Part shown: positions 26,397-40,358 of the stretch, in pieces
Layout: each line of letters opens with the position of its first letter
How positions within the stretch are numbered: position 1 is the first letter of the stretch
The notes under the pieces: generated by a model
Seen by the model: the letters and a program-made list of their open reading frames with translations, nothing else
What the model was told of the DNA's origin: nothing
Databases searched by the model: none
Program-made: the position numbers and the translations under genes
NCBI GenBank assembly: GCA_951406725.2
Contig: OX597823.1
Coordinates: 93,558,001 to 93,622,000 of the forward strand
DNA length: 64,000 nucleotides
From: Octopus vulgaris
Taxonomy: Eukaryota
Direction: 5' to 3'

Positions 26397-26995
26397 TGTT
26401 ATTGTTATTTAATCCCCCAGAAACTTCGTTTCTAGTTGGCAATGTTTTTCACTTGTAATTCTATAAGTTTTGGACAGCAGGTTAGCAGCGACATCTAGCA
26501 AGGCCTAGCTGCTCCAGACTAAAGAAAAGCAATGACCCTGAAACTAATCTCTGTATGTTAGCTTTTCTGGGTGGAGATGATCATCTCCTGTATTCGAGTG
26601 CTTAACGGCACAGAACGCTGGTGCCGCCTAGCTAACTCAGAAACGATGTTTCTTGAGGCGAAATAATAGTAACATGCTCCCCTTTCCTGGGACTGCCACA
26701 TTAAGAATTTCTAATTTTGTTGATCAGCGAATGTTTTTCGCTTGGAATTCTATAAGTTTTCGACAGCAGATTAGCAGCGACATCTGGCAAGACCAAGTTA
26801 CTCCGGACGGATGAAGGACAATAACACTGAAACTAGTCTCTGTTAGCTGGCTTTGCAGGGTGGAGGTGCTTATCTCGCCTCTTCTAAACCTTAAGGACAC
26901 AGGACGCTTGTGTCGCACAACCGACTAGAGACAATGTTTCTTGGGGCTAAATAAAAAAGTAACAACCTTCGCTTTCCGGGGACTGCCACATTAAG
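26397..26995. repeat. Two diverged tandem ~270-bp copies related to the 4.6-kb MITE arm
   Basis: 26439-26705 and 26730-26995 align. Both end in ATGTTTCTTG.GGC.AAATAA.AGTAACA...GGGACTGCCACATTAAG, similar to the reverse complement of 4622-4685. Confidence 0.7.
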
Positions 26996-27429
26996 TTCTC
27001 AGCAAGCCATCACTTTATCGAGCTTCTACTGCATAACTCTCTCTGAGAGATTTAGAAACGTAATATTTATATTTTTGTATATATAATTATTTCTGCATAC
27101 ACCCACTCGAGAAACTGCCAAATTCACTAACTTTACACCAAGTTTCACGTTCCGTCGAACAAATCTTGTCGCAGGAAACAAACATAAAAGAGAACCAGTT
27201 AAAATGGCTTGCAGTAGGATCATGCGCTAGAAAAAGCAAACAAAAACAAACAACAACAAGAAAAAGATCGAAAAATTGCAGGGGAATATTTCGTGGACTT
27301 CCACATCGTTCAAGAAGATAAAATTATATTCGTTTATTTTGTCATGACAAGAAAAGCATTTTCGTGTTATATTGTGTACGCATATTGATACATTTACTTT
27401 TCCTTGCAATCTGATACATATGCATGTGT

Positions 27430-27487
<58 letters not shown>

Positions 27488-27539
27488 TACACATATATAT
27501 ATATATATATATATTTATGTATACATATGTATGTGTGCG

Positions 27540-27580
<41 letters not shown>

Positions 27581-27702
27581 TCATTTATTTACCCCATGCA
27601 CCAACTCATGAATTCATGTATATAGACAGAGCACATTTGAGTATGTGCTTATGTGTCTATACATACATACAAGCACATGCACACGCAGGTACAATTTTAA
27701 AC

Positions 27703-27745
<43 letters not shown>

Positions 27746-27909
27746 TATATGAGATTGCAGGCAATCTACTCATTATTTCACCCTGAAGAACCCCGCCCTT
27801 TCTACGCTGAAACGCTTTATATTTCTGGTTCGATATCGAAATTTCTGCAATTGTTTGTCATATATCTTCTTGCTTTCCGACCAATTGTTGGCAGGACAAA
27901 AGTTTGTAT

Positions 27910-27910
27910 G

Positions 27911-27998
<88 letters not shown>

Positions 27999-28019
27999 AC
28001 ATCATCATCATCCTTATTA

Positions 28020-28074
<55 letters not shown>

Positions 28075-28109
28075 CATCATTATCAACATCATCATCATCA
28101 TCCTTATTA

Positions 28110-28173
<64 letters not shown>

Positions 28174-28186
28174 CATTATTATTATA
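27910..28186 (+). repeat. (ATT)n/(ATC)n compound microsatellite
   Basis: Directly visible. Gives the poly-I/N/Y ORFs. Confidence 0.95.
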
Positions 28187-28339
28187 ACGATGGTACTCTC
28201 TTTTCATATCTATATGCACATTAAATGAATTTTAGCGCATGAAGCAGCATACTTGCGGATAATTGTATATGAGTAGGTACCCGGTTAAACATGTGTATGT
28301 TTCTGTGTAACTGAAATCCTACAAATTTGTATTTGTTTG

Positions 28340-28409
<70 letters not shown>

Positions 28410-28582
28410 CATGTGTGTGAGTTGCAACTATATACGGATGAATTTTGTCTGCTTAAGTGTTCTTGCATACCGTTGCATTTCTATGAATGACTGTTCTACG
28501 TGACTACACGCCACCACACGCACGTTATTTAATATATATTTTCATGCTCGCATATTAGGCATGAGCTGCAAGCTCAAGTAAG

Positions 28583-28588
28583 GATATA

Positions 28589-28634
<46 letters not shown>

Positions 28635-28639
28635 TATAT

Positions 28640-28737
<98 letters not shown>

Positions 28738-28775
28738 ATGTGTGTGTGGATATATATTTATATGTATATATATCC

Positions 28776-28808
<33 letters not shown>

Positions 28809-28832
28809 CATATATATATATATATATATATC

Positions 28833-28874
<42 letters not shown>

Positions 28875-28906
28875 GAATATATATATATATATATATACAT
28901 ATGAAT

Positions 28907-28938
<32 letters not shown>

Positions 28939-29042
28939 GAATATATATACATATAAATATATATACACACACACACATATATATATATAAACATATATAT
29001 ATATATATACATATATATACACATATATATATACACATATAT
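28583..29042 (+). repeat. Long compound (TA)n microsatellite
   Basis: Directly visible. Similar tracts at 1170-1393, 9453-9645, 17314-17430, 35550-35816 and 49410-49732. Confidence 0.95.
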
Positions 29043-29972
29043 CTTTTTTTTCACGCAACTTTACCGATCATGGCATACACACACACACACAAACATATTC
29101 CGTATATATATATATATATATATGTGTGTATATGAGCGTTTGCGTGTGTGTGTGTATGTGTGTATGTTCGTGTGTGTCTGTCTGTGTATGTGTGTGTGTG
29201 TGTGTGTGTGAGTGTGTGTGTGTCTGTGAGTTTTTGAGAAATCTCCCTTATATATGTAAATATATATGAAGATCAACACATGATCACATGTTAATGCATG
29301 CTTGAAACCGAACACGAGTTGTCCCACCACTGGTTGAGTCCAGAGCCATATATTTTTATTTTTAGTTTTTATATATATAAATAATAATACACATTAATGT
29401 TATTACATATATATAATCCCAGAAATTATTTTTTTTACAATAAATCTTGTTCAATTCATCTTTAATTTACTACAATCATTTCTTATAAAGCAGTGGCATT
29501 TTATATCCGCACAGGCCGGCCCTGGGATATTCATTCAGTCAAGACAATAATGACTGAATCTAGCAGTGATATTTTCCCCCGCTTTTAGTGCTATAATCTA
29601 ATCAAAGCCAAGTATCGTATTCAAATATTTCCCGTATTTTCGGGAAATTTTTTTCGTGCCCTTTTCTTGTATATGAGGGAAATCAATATGGACGTTTTTT
29701 GTTCGCTTCCTCTCTATTGCACAAGACGCAGAAAAGTGAATATCGGAGTAATGTTAAATGAGCTCCCTAGCTTCATATCAAGAAATAATACAGCTATACA
29801 GGTCCTATTGACAGCATGATATTCCCCTCGTTTTAACATGTACATGTGGGCGTGTGAGTCTGTGTACGTATTTGCGCATGAATATAGGCATGTGCTTCAA
29901 ATGTATACATATATACATATATATATACACACACACATATATATATATCATATCATCATCATCATCATCATC

Positions 29973-30003
<31 letters not shown>

Positions 30004-30112
30004 TGTTTATATATCTATATATATAAATATATATATATATAGAGAGAGAGACATGTATGTATGTCTATATATATATGTATCTCTCTCTTTGTCTCTCTAT
30101 ACACACACACAC

Positions 30113-30168
<56 letters not shown>

Positions 30169-30594
30169 GCACCCACGCAAGCACACACGTGTATTCGTAT
30201 ATAGATCAAAATACAGTCTAGGTATAAAAAAATCACCACATTAATCGTACTTCTTTGCCTCGCATAAAACGGGGTGACGTGCAACGATAATTAGGTTCAA
30301 TATGCGAAGCGTTTTATATTTTTATCAATAATATAGTGACGGAGGTTTTTCACGATTTATTCGGTATCTGGGTATATCTGATATTTCATAGAAACATAGC
30401 AGTCTCTTTCTCTCTCTCTCCCTCTCTCTCTCTTTCTCTCTCTTTCTCTCTCTCTCACTCTCTCTCTCTCACTCTCTCAGCCACGATATCTATATATGTA
30501 CGAATACATACATAAATATATATTTATGTGTGTGTGTGTCGATTCACGCCCACATGCATATATTCATACGTAATCATAGGTACATACATGCATA

Positions 30595-30628
30595 TATTAT
30601 TATTATCATTATTATTATTATTATTATT

Positions 30629-30690
<62 letters not shown>

Positions 30691-30710
30691 TATTATTATT
30701 TTTATTATTA

Positions 30711-30751
<41 letters not shown>
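30595..30751 (+). repeat. (ATT)n-(ATC)n-(ATT)n microsatellite
   Basis: Directly visible. Confidence 0.95.
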
Positions 30752-30753
<2 letters not shown>

Positions 30754-31001
30754 TGGATTTGCTGTTCACTCTCTTCTTTCATGTGTATTGTGCTATCTCC
30801 TAAACACAAAATTGTATTACTAATTTTTTTTCTTCCATATATCCCTCTCTTTCTCTTTCATCCACTCCCTCTCTCTCTGCCTGGCTGTCTATTTGTCTCT
30901 CCCTATCTATCTATCTCTATCTGCCTATCTATCACTCTATCTATCTATCTACCTTTCTATCTATCTATCTATCTATCTATCTCTATCTACCTATCTATCA
31001 C

Positions 31002-31077
<76 letters not shown>

Positions 31078-31244
31078 ACTATCTATCTATCTTCATTGTT
31101 CCCCCTCTCTCTCTATATATATATATATCTTTCTCACCAAGTCTCTGTTGGCAGACATATTTTGCTTCATACAATTCTAAAGATCCAGGAGTGCTTTCTT
31201 GTCGTTCTCGTAGTTTTTGCCAGTCTCTCTCTCTCTCTCTCTCT

Positions 31245-31284
<40 letters not shown>

Positions 31285-31453
31285 GTCACTCACTTTCTGC
31301 CTATTTAAACACACTCACATACCTATACATATCTATGTTTGGTCGTATGAATATGCCCATATGCGTGTATGTGTGTGTATGTGTGAGTTTATATATATAT
31401 TTATAAATACATACAAGCACACGCACGCACACACACACACACACACACACATA

Positions 31454-32256
31454 GGATATTTTCCTTTTGAACGGCAGTTTTCAACAGAATTTCTAGTTAA
31501 CTAAACACTTTAAAACTTCGTATACTGGTAGAATGTGTCAAAATAAAACATTTTTTTCTCTTGGCTTTGAGAAAATTGTAATTTGTAAGTTTAACGTAGA
31601 TTAATTTTTCGAATTTTAACCAATCGATGGCCTCTATTTAGGTAAAATCATTTGCTGCGTCTAAAACTGAGACAACATCCTGTCACTGTTATGTTTACGT
31701 TCGAAAAGCGTGTGTATAAAACTATAGAATTATTTTGTTTGTTAATTGTTTAAATTATTTTTCATTGCTTTCGTTTTAGCCTTTCGTTTTTTCTTAAGCA
31801 ATGGAAAATAGTTTAAACAATACACGTGTATCTCAAAACAAAAACTCAAAACAAAAACAAAACGAATAATTTTAGACACACGCGTAACAATCAAATTAAT
31901 TTAACAATTAAGAAAAAAAACAAAAGGCTAAAATTTGGGGTTAGGGTTAGGGTTAGTGGTAGGGTTGGGCTTAGGGTTATGGTTAGGGTTAGTGTAGGAT
32001 TAGGGTTAGAGTTAGAGTTAGTGACAGGATGTTGTCTCAGTTTTAGACGCAGCAAATGATTTTAGCTAAATAGAGGCCATCGATTGGTTAAAATTCGAAA
32101 AATTAAATTACGTTAAACTTACAAATTACAATTTTCTCAAGAAAGCCAAGAGAAAAAAATGTTTTATTTTGACACATTCTACCAGTATACGAAGTTTAAA
32201 AGTGTTTAGTTAACTAGAAATTGTGGTGAAAGCTGCCGTTCAAAAGGAAAAGATCC
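31454..32256. mobile_element. Non-autonomous TIR DNA transposon (MITE), Merlin-like
   Basis: ~235-bp TIRs (31454-31687 and 32020-32256) with GGAT...ATCC ends. Candidate 8-bp TSD CACACATA at 31446-31453 and 32257-32264. Confidence 0.85.
31937..32022 (+). repeat. Degenerate (TTAGGG)n telomere-like array inside the MITE
   Basis: GGGGTTAGGGTTAGGGTTAGTGGTAGGGTTGGGCTTAGGGTTATGGTTAGGG...; about 14 hexamer units. Confidence 0.85.
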
Positions 32257-32552
32257 CACACATATTAAACACATGTAGGGTTTAACATTCACAACACCAT
32301 TGCTTTAGCAGCATTTTATTGAAGCGTTCTTAGATTACATCAAGGCCAAAAGCCAGCCATCTTCATCGAAATTTTAAACGTATAAACGCGTAAAGCCGAA
32401 GCCGAGGTAATTAGTTCAGCAACAGTGATGGTGTTATAAATGAAGATTTCAGAAAGCACAACAGTATTTTTAGGGCAAGTGGATAACAACCACAGACGGC
32501 ACCTACATCAATAGTACTTATTTTCGAATTGATACCGTAGTTATATTATAAA

Positions 32553-32895
32553 TACCAGTGGTTAGGGAAGACGACTCGCAGTCGTGGGATCGCGGTTTCG
32601 ATTCCCATATCGGGCGTTGTGAGCGTTTATTAAGCGAAAACACCTAAAGCTCCACCTGGTGCCAGCAGGGGATGGTGGCGATCCCTGCTGTACTCTTTCA
32701 CCACAACTTTCTCTAACTCCTTCTTCATGTTTCTGTTGTACATGTATTTTCAAAGGGTCCAGCCTTGACACACTCTGTGTCACATCGAATCACCCCAAGA
32801 ATTACATTAACGGTACACGTGTCTGTGGAGTGCTCAGCCACTTGCACATTAATTTCACGCGCAGGCTGTTCTGCTGAACAGAACCGACAGAGTGC
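32553..32895 (+). mobile_element. SINE family B
   Basis: Collinear with 59888-60271. Confidence 0.85.
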
Positions 32896-33059
32896 ACCGA
32901 TAGAGTTACCTTAATTAGGTTATAGTTACCTTCATTTCCATTGAGTAAGTAACCCTTATACCTTAATTAAGCTGGTAGACAGCTATAAAATTTATCTGAA
33001 GATGCTGGGGGTTTTCCTGAATTATGCATCAATTAATACTACTAAAAGAGGTGTTGTGT

Positions 33060-33268
33060 AGGTGCAATGGACCAGTGGTTAGGGCAGCGGAATCGCGTTC
33101 GGAGGATCCCGATTTCGTTTCCCAGACTGGGCGTTGTGTGTGTTTATTGAGCGAAAACACCTAAAAGCCCCACGAGGCTCCGGCAACGGGGTGGGGTGGG
33201 GCTCCACAGTTGTACTCTTTCACCACAACTTTCTCTCACTCTCTCTTCTTGCTTCTTGAGTAACGCTG

Positions 33269-33270
<2 letters not shown>
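33060..33270 (+). mobile_element. SINE family B, 5' half
   Basis: Head and CCACAACTTTCTCTCACTCT block present. Interrupted by (TA)n. Confidence 0.8.
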
Positions 33271-33328
<58 letters not shown>

Positions 33329-34570
33329 ATGTGTGTATACACACACACATGTGGGTCTGTGTATGTATGTATATATACGTATATACATATATAGTGATTA
33401 ATGTTATACTCAGTTTAAAAGGAGAGAGACTCAGATAATGAAATCAACAGACGGAGAGCTGCAGAAGTTTACGTCTTCTGATTTTCTTGTTTTTCTAATT
33501 AGTTCTTGTAGATAAACCAAGATATTGTTTTCCTTTGATCTTTGTAAAATATGATCAAGCAGATTTTGCTGGATTTATTCCCAAAGCATCTGAATTATAA
33601 TGTAAACAAATCTGTATAAACTCCGTCACGCAATTTATATTACTAAATCATATTTTGTCTGTTCATCATACTCAAATGGTATTTTAAGCAGGTTTTCCCG
33701 TGAGCTCATCAATTTTTAAACCAGCAAAGTAGGCGCGTATTTGAAGAATCACGTTGATGTCCTGAAAGCTTATTGTAACATGAATATAAGTGTACTACTT
33801 TCTTTTTCGTATTTCATTTTCTTTTACTTGTTTCAGGTATGCAGCAGTGGTCCTGTTGAATGAACACCATAGGGATGTGGTTTGTCATTAGGGCTAACCT
33901 GTTAGTTATCTCATTCAGGACGAAAGGATAAACGGATATTTTCAATCCGGCGGTATTTGAACCTATAACGTTGAGACTGGCGAGTTGCCTTTAAGCCTTT
34001 TGACCGGTATGCTAATGGTTCCGATAGCTCACCACCTTATTCATAAATTGCAGGTTTCTGCTTTCCTTATATGTAACAAAGAGAATGCCTCCGAATAATT
34101 TCCACTTAGGTGTGGTTCGCTCTCTGCGACTAGAAACTCTGATAAGAGGAATTAAAATATCATCAATGTGAATCGTGTTTATAATTACCAAAGACAAAAT
34201 AACATCTCACGCGCCGATGTATAATGCCGAAGAGACAAAACGCCTGGGATGTGACGAAGTAACTGTAGTCGTGTGCATCTCAATATAAAGTGATTTTTCA
34301 CTTATATTCATACAGAAAACGCACGACAATGCATACACACATACACACGTTAAATAAGGATGACGATGATGATGATATGTACGTATGTATGTATTTATAC
34401 ATACATATCTATATATATACATACATTCATATATATATATATATATGTATATATTCACTTATATACACCCAAACATCTATATATACATTTGTATACGCAA
34501 ACACAAACACATACATATCTACACACGGATACACTAGTATGTACGAATACATGTATGAGTGAGTATGCAT

Positions 34571-34626
<56 letters not shown>

Positions 34627-34630
<4 letters not shown>

Positions 34631-34817
34631 AGAGTTTACGAAAAAAAAAACAAAAGACGAAACGAGGTGGTGTACAAGACAAACAGATGTATTAGTATAA
34701 CACTCAGAAATAGAAAAAAGTCTTTTACGTTTCGAGCCTACGCTCTTCTACAGAATGGGATACAGAAAAAAAACAAGGAGAGAAACAAACAGAGATAAAA
34801 TGTGTGTAGTGGCTAAT
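34627..34817 (-). mobile_element. Short repeat resembling a solo PLE terminus, with hammerhead-like motif
   Basis: Homologous to 43835-43960 and 44277-44443. All three start directly after (TA)n. The minus strand has CTGTAGAA-GAGC(GTAG)GCTC-GAAAC-GTA-AAAG. Confidence 0.6.
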
Positions 34818-34824
34818 GTGTGTA

Positions 34825-34872
<48 letters not shown>

Positions 34873-35548
34873 CACACATATACAGCGCAGATACGCATAT
34901 ACATATATATATATATATATACATGTGTGTATGTATATATATGTATGCGTGTATACTGACTAGTTATTTTTGTGTAAAATTAAAACGCATTCATTTAATT
35001 CAATCAAACTCGGCAACAGCGAAGAAAGTATTAATCACTTCTCTGCTGCACATATTATTGCGTTGTATTATTAAGAGCTTCCACTGGAACAGTTAATATG
35101 TCGGTGAATGGAAGACAAGAACGGGACGGGAAGGAGATTGTGTCTGCAATAAGAACACCGATGATACGTATGATGATGATGGAGGTGTATGCATAGTAAA
35201 CGGGTGGTGGCAAGCAGGTAGGCTTACTGAATGCAGATGCCGTTGGGTGTTGAGGCAGGTAGACATATCGGCGGTGGGGTGTAAGTCGGCGTTTGCCGGG
35301 TGTAACGGTTTTGATTAGTGACAATCAAAGGCATGATGGTAACACAAGGGAAAACATCATAGAAAATTTCCTATACTTGTATGCTTGTGTGTGATAGAAT
35401 ATGCGAGTCAGTAGAGTGTCTGAAACTTGGCACAATAGCATATGTATATATAGATATTTATGCATGTGTGTCTGTGTGTATATGTGAGAGTGAGAGAGAG
35501 AGAATCTTAGGGCATATACGCACACATGTATGCAGTTTAGTATGTACT

Positions 35549-35599
<51 letters not shown>

Positions 35600-35760
35600 A
35601 TATATATATATATGTGTATATGTATGTATGTATATACATATATATATTTGTATGTGTGTATATATATATACATATATATATGTAAGCATATATATACATA
35701 TGTATACATATATTTTTATATCTAGACATATCTGTAGATATATATGTATATGTGCTTATA

Positions 35761-35820
<60 letters not shown>

Positions 35821-36083
35821 TATAAATATAAATACATATGTATTCCTGGTATGTGTGTGTTTATGTATGTGTGTATGTTCGGCTATTTTGTATGTGTATG
35901 CGTGAGAATGTGTGAGTATGTGTGTGAAAGCGAAATTATGGTGGAGACAATTGCATAATTAAAGTTAATTAAACACAGCCTGATGTTGAATTGACGATAA
36001 TGTTGGCTTTTGGTACTAGCATTAGTAGTAAGTGTGACCATTATGGTCGTTGTAATATTTTAGTCTCAGTGGGATTCAATGCG

Positions 36084-36154
<71 letters not shown>

Positions 36155-37304
36155 TTATGACCTTTCATTAAATGTTCATGGTAGTTTTTGTAATGGTGGA
36201 TTGAACATGCGACTTATGACTTCCGTGGCAGTTTAGAGACGTGGTGTCTACCTGTAATACTGTTAAAAATCGGTGTTGTTGATGATGATGGTAATGATGA
36301 GGATAATGTTGTTTTTGTTGTTGCTGTCGATGGTGTTTGCGTTATTGGTTGTTGTCGTGGCGTTAAGCGCCGCCCTAACGTATCGCCTAATATTTCTAGC
36401 CACAGACGTCAATGACCCAGCATTGGAAGTTCTATGTATTTCTATAATAAACACAATATTTGGAGGAGCGTGTTTGTTGATTATGTCGGACTCAGTGTTC
36501 ATACGGTAATGATTTTATGGCGGAATTTGAACTCGGAACATAAAGGTGAAAGAAATTTAGCTAACTATTTTGCCCATAATGCTGGCAATTTTTCCAGCGC
36601 ACCACTTGAGGAGATGCATGTATTATTTTTACTTTCAACTACAGGTACAAGTTCTGGAATGTTCGAGGAGGGACAAGTGAATTATATCGACCCAAATGCG
36701 CAGTTACTGCTTATTTTAGCGATCCCGAAACGAGGAAAGGCAAAATTGACCTAGTCGTAATTCAAACTCGTTACATATAGATGTACTCTATTGACGTTTT
36801 ACTCGTTGGCCGCCCTAGCTACGACATAGATTGCTTTCAAATTTTGTCACAATGCTACTAAGTTCAAGAATAGGTGTAAGCTGGTTAGATAAACAAAAAT
36901 TCATGACTGTTACTTATTTCATCGATTCTGAAGGGATAAAAAGCAAAGTCAACTACGGCAGAATTTGAACTCAGAATGTAAAGCGGACGAAATGCCATTT
37001 GCCATTTTTCCCGATGTACTAAAAATTCTGCTAGTTCGACACCTCATAGCTATATATATATATTAAACTGACCAAACAAATTCGGTGTTGTAGTAGATTG
37101 TGGTCCACATCAATGTAAGTTATCTCAAGGATGCGTTTTTGCAGCATTAATACCCGACGAGAAAGTATCGTAGCTCTTCGTTCCATCATTCGAAACTCTA
37201 ACTACTATGATGACAGCCTTTCACTGTTTGTTCTAAATTATAACATAAATAAATAATCCTCTATTTATCTAATATCGAGGTCTCATTCTTTTATTGTCGC
37301 TTTT

Positions 37305-37323
37305 TATTATTATTATAATTATT

Positions 37324-37354
<31 letters not shown>

Positions 37355-37699
37355 CTGCTGCTGCTGTTGTTGTTGTTGTTGTTGTCGTCGTCGTCGTTGT
37401 TGTTGTTGTTGTTGCCTTTGCACAGCTTCTAACGCTGGATATGTACTACAGTGTCAGCAGTTCACTACCATTGAACTAAGGTAACACCTCTTATTTTTCG
37501 AGCACCTTCCGAAGTATTCGAGTGGTTCTAAGCAGTGCTGTTTTCTGCAAATGCTCTACCCTTATTATAGTCCCTATTTGTTCCATGTACGTTTCGAGAT
37601 CTTTGCTCACTGTTCCAAGAGCTCTGACAATTAGTGGTACCACTACCACCTTTTTCATCGACCACAAATACTTAACCTCCCAAGCTAACCTGTCATATC
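37305..37699 (-). mobile_element. R4/Dong-type retrotransposon extreme 3' end with (AAC)n/(AAT)n tail
   Basis: 37697-37491 translates as YDRLAWEVKYLWSMKKVVVVPLIVRALGTVSKDLETYMEQIG...HLQKTALLRTTRILRKVLEK*, a typical RLE C-terminus. A short UTR and trinucleotide tail follow. Confidence 0.85.
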
Positions 37700-37819
37700 A
37701 ATATTGTGATCTCAATATACATCTTAGAAAACAGTTAACGGGTTTGATGAGTCACAGGAGACGCGATACATGCTTGTTGTAAAATTAGCAGCATGTTATC
37801 ACTCTTGGAATATGATATA

Positions 37820-38139
37820 TCTCTCTATATATAAAACTGAAGTTGTCTGTGTATGGCAGGTTTGGTAGCCTTCAACTAACACTATCTCCTTCGAGACACT
37901 GCGGCGCAAGTTGACCAAAATTGAGAGTATGATAGAAGAAGGCTTGCTCTGCCTTCCGTAGAAGAAAAAATTCAAGTCGGACCATGTTAACACCTTTAAA
38001 ATTATTTACTGCTGTGTCGCCATTTTTCGGTGTATTTCAACGAGAATAACAAGCTACATAATGCAAAATTGTTACTTTTCAAAAATTCAAATTCGAAAGG
38101 GTCGAAACAACCCCGAGCAACGCCGGGTGATACTGCTAG
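37820..38139 (+). mobile_element. Non-autonomous Helitron (complete, 320 bp)
   Basis: A|TCTCTCTATATATAAAA 5' end. Subterminal hairpin CCCGAGCAACGCCGGG, then TGATACTGCTAG|T 3' end. No TSD. Confidence 0.82.
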
Positions 38140-39160
38140 TTAACTGATGTAATCGTCGCTTGTTACACCAGCATAAATTCTGATGCTAGTCCCGTTGCTT
38201 TTTAAGTTTCTAATCACTTTCTTCCCTACTTTTAGCTTATGGCGTCTCCCAGCTCTCTGGAGTCTTTTGTCTTTTGTTTCGAGTCTCATTTTCTTTCTAA
38301 TTTTCATGTTTCTCTAATTGTTGCTGAGATTTAGGCAACACGTCTCCAATTGTATTAGGATATTTCTTCATCATACGTCTGGCTTTACTTCGTTACTTCA
38401 CTTGGTGTTCGTCATCATTAGAATATATACTGATATATATGGTGATGGTAGGTCGTAAATAATGATATTTTGTAATTTTTTTCGTAATACAAATATATGT
38501 AGCGGTGTCGATGAATATGGTATCGTAATGTTCCTTAGTATTGTTGTCAAAAAATCGTATGGGCCAAGGAAACCCGGTCGTGACCAGTATTCATTTTTGC
38601 TTATCATAGTAATATTCACATCCTATCGAGAATAACATTTTGATGAAAAAGATGAAATAATTTAGACTGCCTGCCTTATTGCATATGTATTGTGTGCCCA
38701 AAATGGAGCTGTTTATGTAGTAAACATTGGTATATGATGTGATTGGCAGAAAAAGATTGATGTCATCTGGGGTTTGATCATGCAGACAGTTTGGAAGGAG
38801 AGTGCTAAGATCTACGTACACAAGGAAAGGAAAAACTGGATGAAATTATAAAAATTACGCAACAATTTTCTAAAAAAATAGTAATAGCAGAATTAAACGA
38901 AACCAAGTAATTCCCAGTGTGTTTCAACTCGGAAAAATATCGGTTAACATTTACTTATTTCAGCCATTCTGAGCTACGGCCTTAAAGGGGTTTAGTGGGA
39001 TGAACTGAACCCAGTATATATTTTGTTAATTTTGGGACCTAGTTATCGATCCCTTTTGCTGAAACACTAAATTAATGGTAACGTAAACAAACTTGCATTT
39101 GTCGTTAAGCGGTGGGTAAGAAACACAAGAACAAAGTGGTGGGTAAGAAACACACCTAGA

Positions 39161-39191
<31 letters not shown>

Positions 39192-40358
39192 CCTACAATG
39201 CATTTGCAGTACCAGTGCTGATCCCAACCTTTGGGATACTTGATTGGTCTGTAGAGGAAATCCACTCCATCGATATCACAACCCGCAACAATGTGACAAT
39301 AACTGAGAACTTCCACAGAAACAGTGATGTTGACAGTCTCTACCTAAGAAGAAATGTAGATGGTAGAGGCCTGAGATCAGTGCAGATGGCCGTCGAATGC
39401 CGTATGGCATTACTCAAGCAGCACCTGGTAAGCAACAGCAGCAAAAATAAATATATTAATAAATATATTAATACAGTGCTGAAAAGGGAAGTGAGCAACA
39501 GTGTACGAGTTGGCAGTGAACTCCTGAAAAAACACTCTCTTCTTGATGATTTCCTATACAGCCCCAAAACAACTGGGCTCTCTTACATCAGAGAAGACCT
39601 GGATGGAAAGCACTCAGCATTCAAAAGAAAAAAAGGCCATGCATGCGTATGTTTCCCGGAAGCTTGAATAAGACAGTAGAATTGACACGAAGCTTAGCCT
39701 CTCTTGGACACAAGACCACCACATAACATCGCACTTTGAAGGCCATGCGTTTGCAATTCAGGAACAGGAGATTTTCACAATGTACCTGATGAACAAGAAA
39801 GACAGTGACGCTCTTGTAATCCCAAGGTGCAACTGCATGTGTAGGTAGTGACACGCTGCTGTGGAAGACATTACGCGTATGATTAGCAGCTGTTCTAAGA
39901 TGTCTTAATGCCCTATGCGGAACGATGTTGTTGCTGAAACAATTTACAATGCCATCCGTTAAAAAGACTGTCCTGAAATAAATCAGAAAATCCCTCTGCT
40001 ATGGAATACATTCATAAACACCAACTCAAGGAATACTGGTGGAATATTCCCATCCAAACGTCTGTAAAATGTAAGCATAACATGCCGGATATTTTTGTTT
40101 AGGACAGAGAGTCAAATGTATGTATCGTCATAGAGGCCATCTGCCCGGCAGATATAAATATCTCTTTGACAATCAAAGAAAAAGAGGATATCTATGGACA
40201 ACTGCTTCGAAATCTCCAGCTTCTATATCCAGACTATGAATTCATATTCATGCCAAACATGAATTTATCCACCCCAAAGATGGAGCCTTGTATCTTTGAT
40301 GGAGCCTTGTATCTGTTCCTCGGTGGAAAATGTATAATAATTAAAACATGGAAGAGAC
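39192..40358 (+). mobile_element. Decayed R4/Dong-type (RLE) non-LTR retrotransposon, 3' portion
   Basis: YNAFAVPVLIPTFGILDW..EEI..ID..TR...FHRNSDVDSLYL.R...GRGL; then FAIQEQEI; VEDITRMISSC; WWNIPIQT...KHNMPDIFV.D...IVIE..CP...KEKEDIY (PD..D restriction-like endonuclease). Multiple frameshifts and stops. Confidence 0.85.

Noticed and set aside
31937-32022. True telomere or chromosome fusion site
   Set aside because: Short, degenerate, in one orientation only, and enclosed within MITE TIRs.
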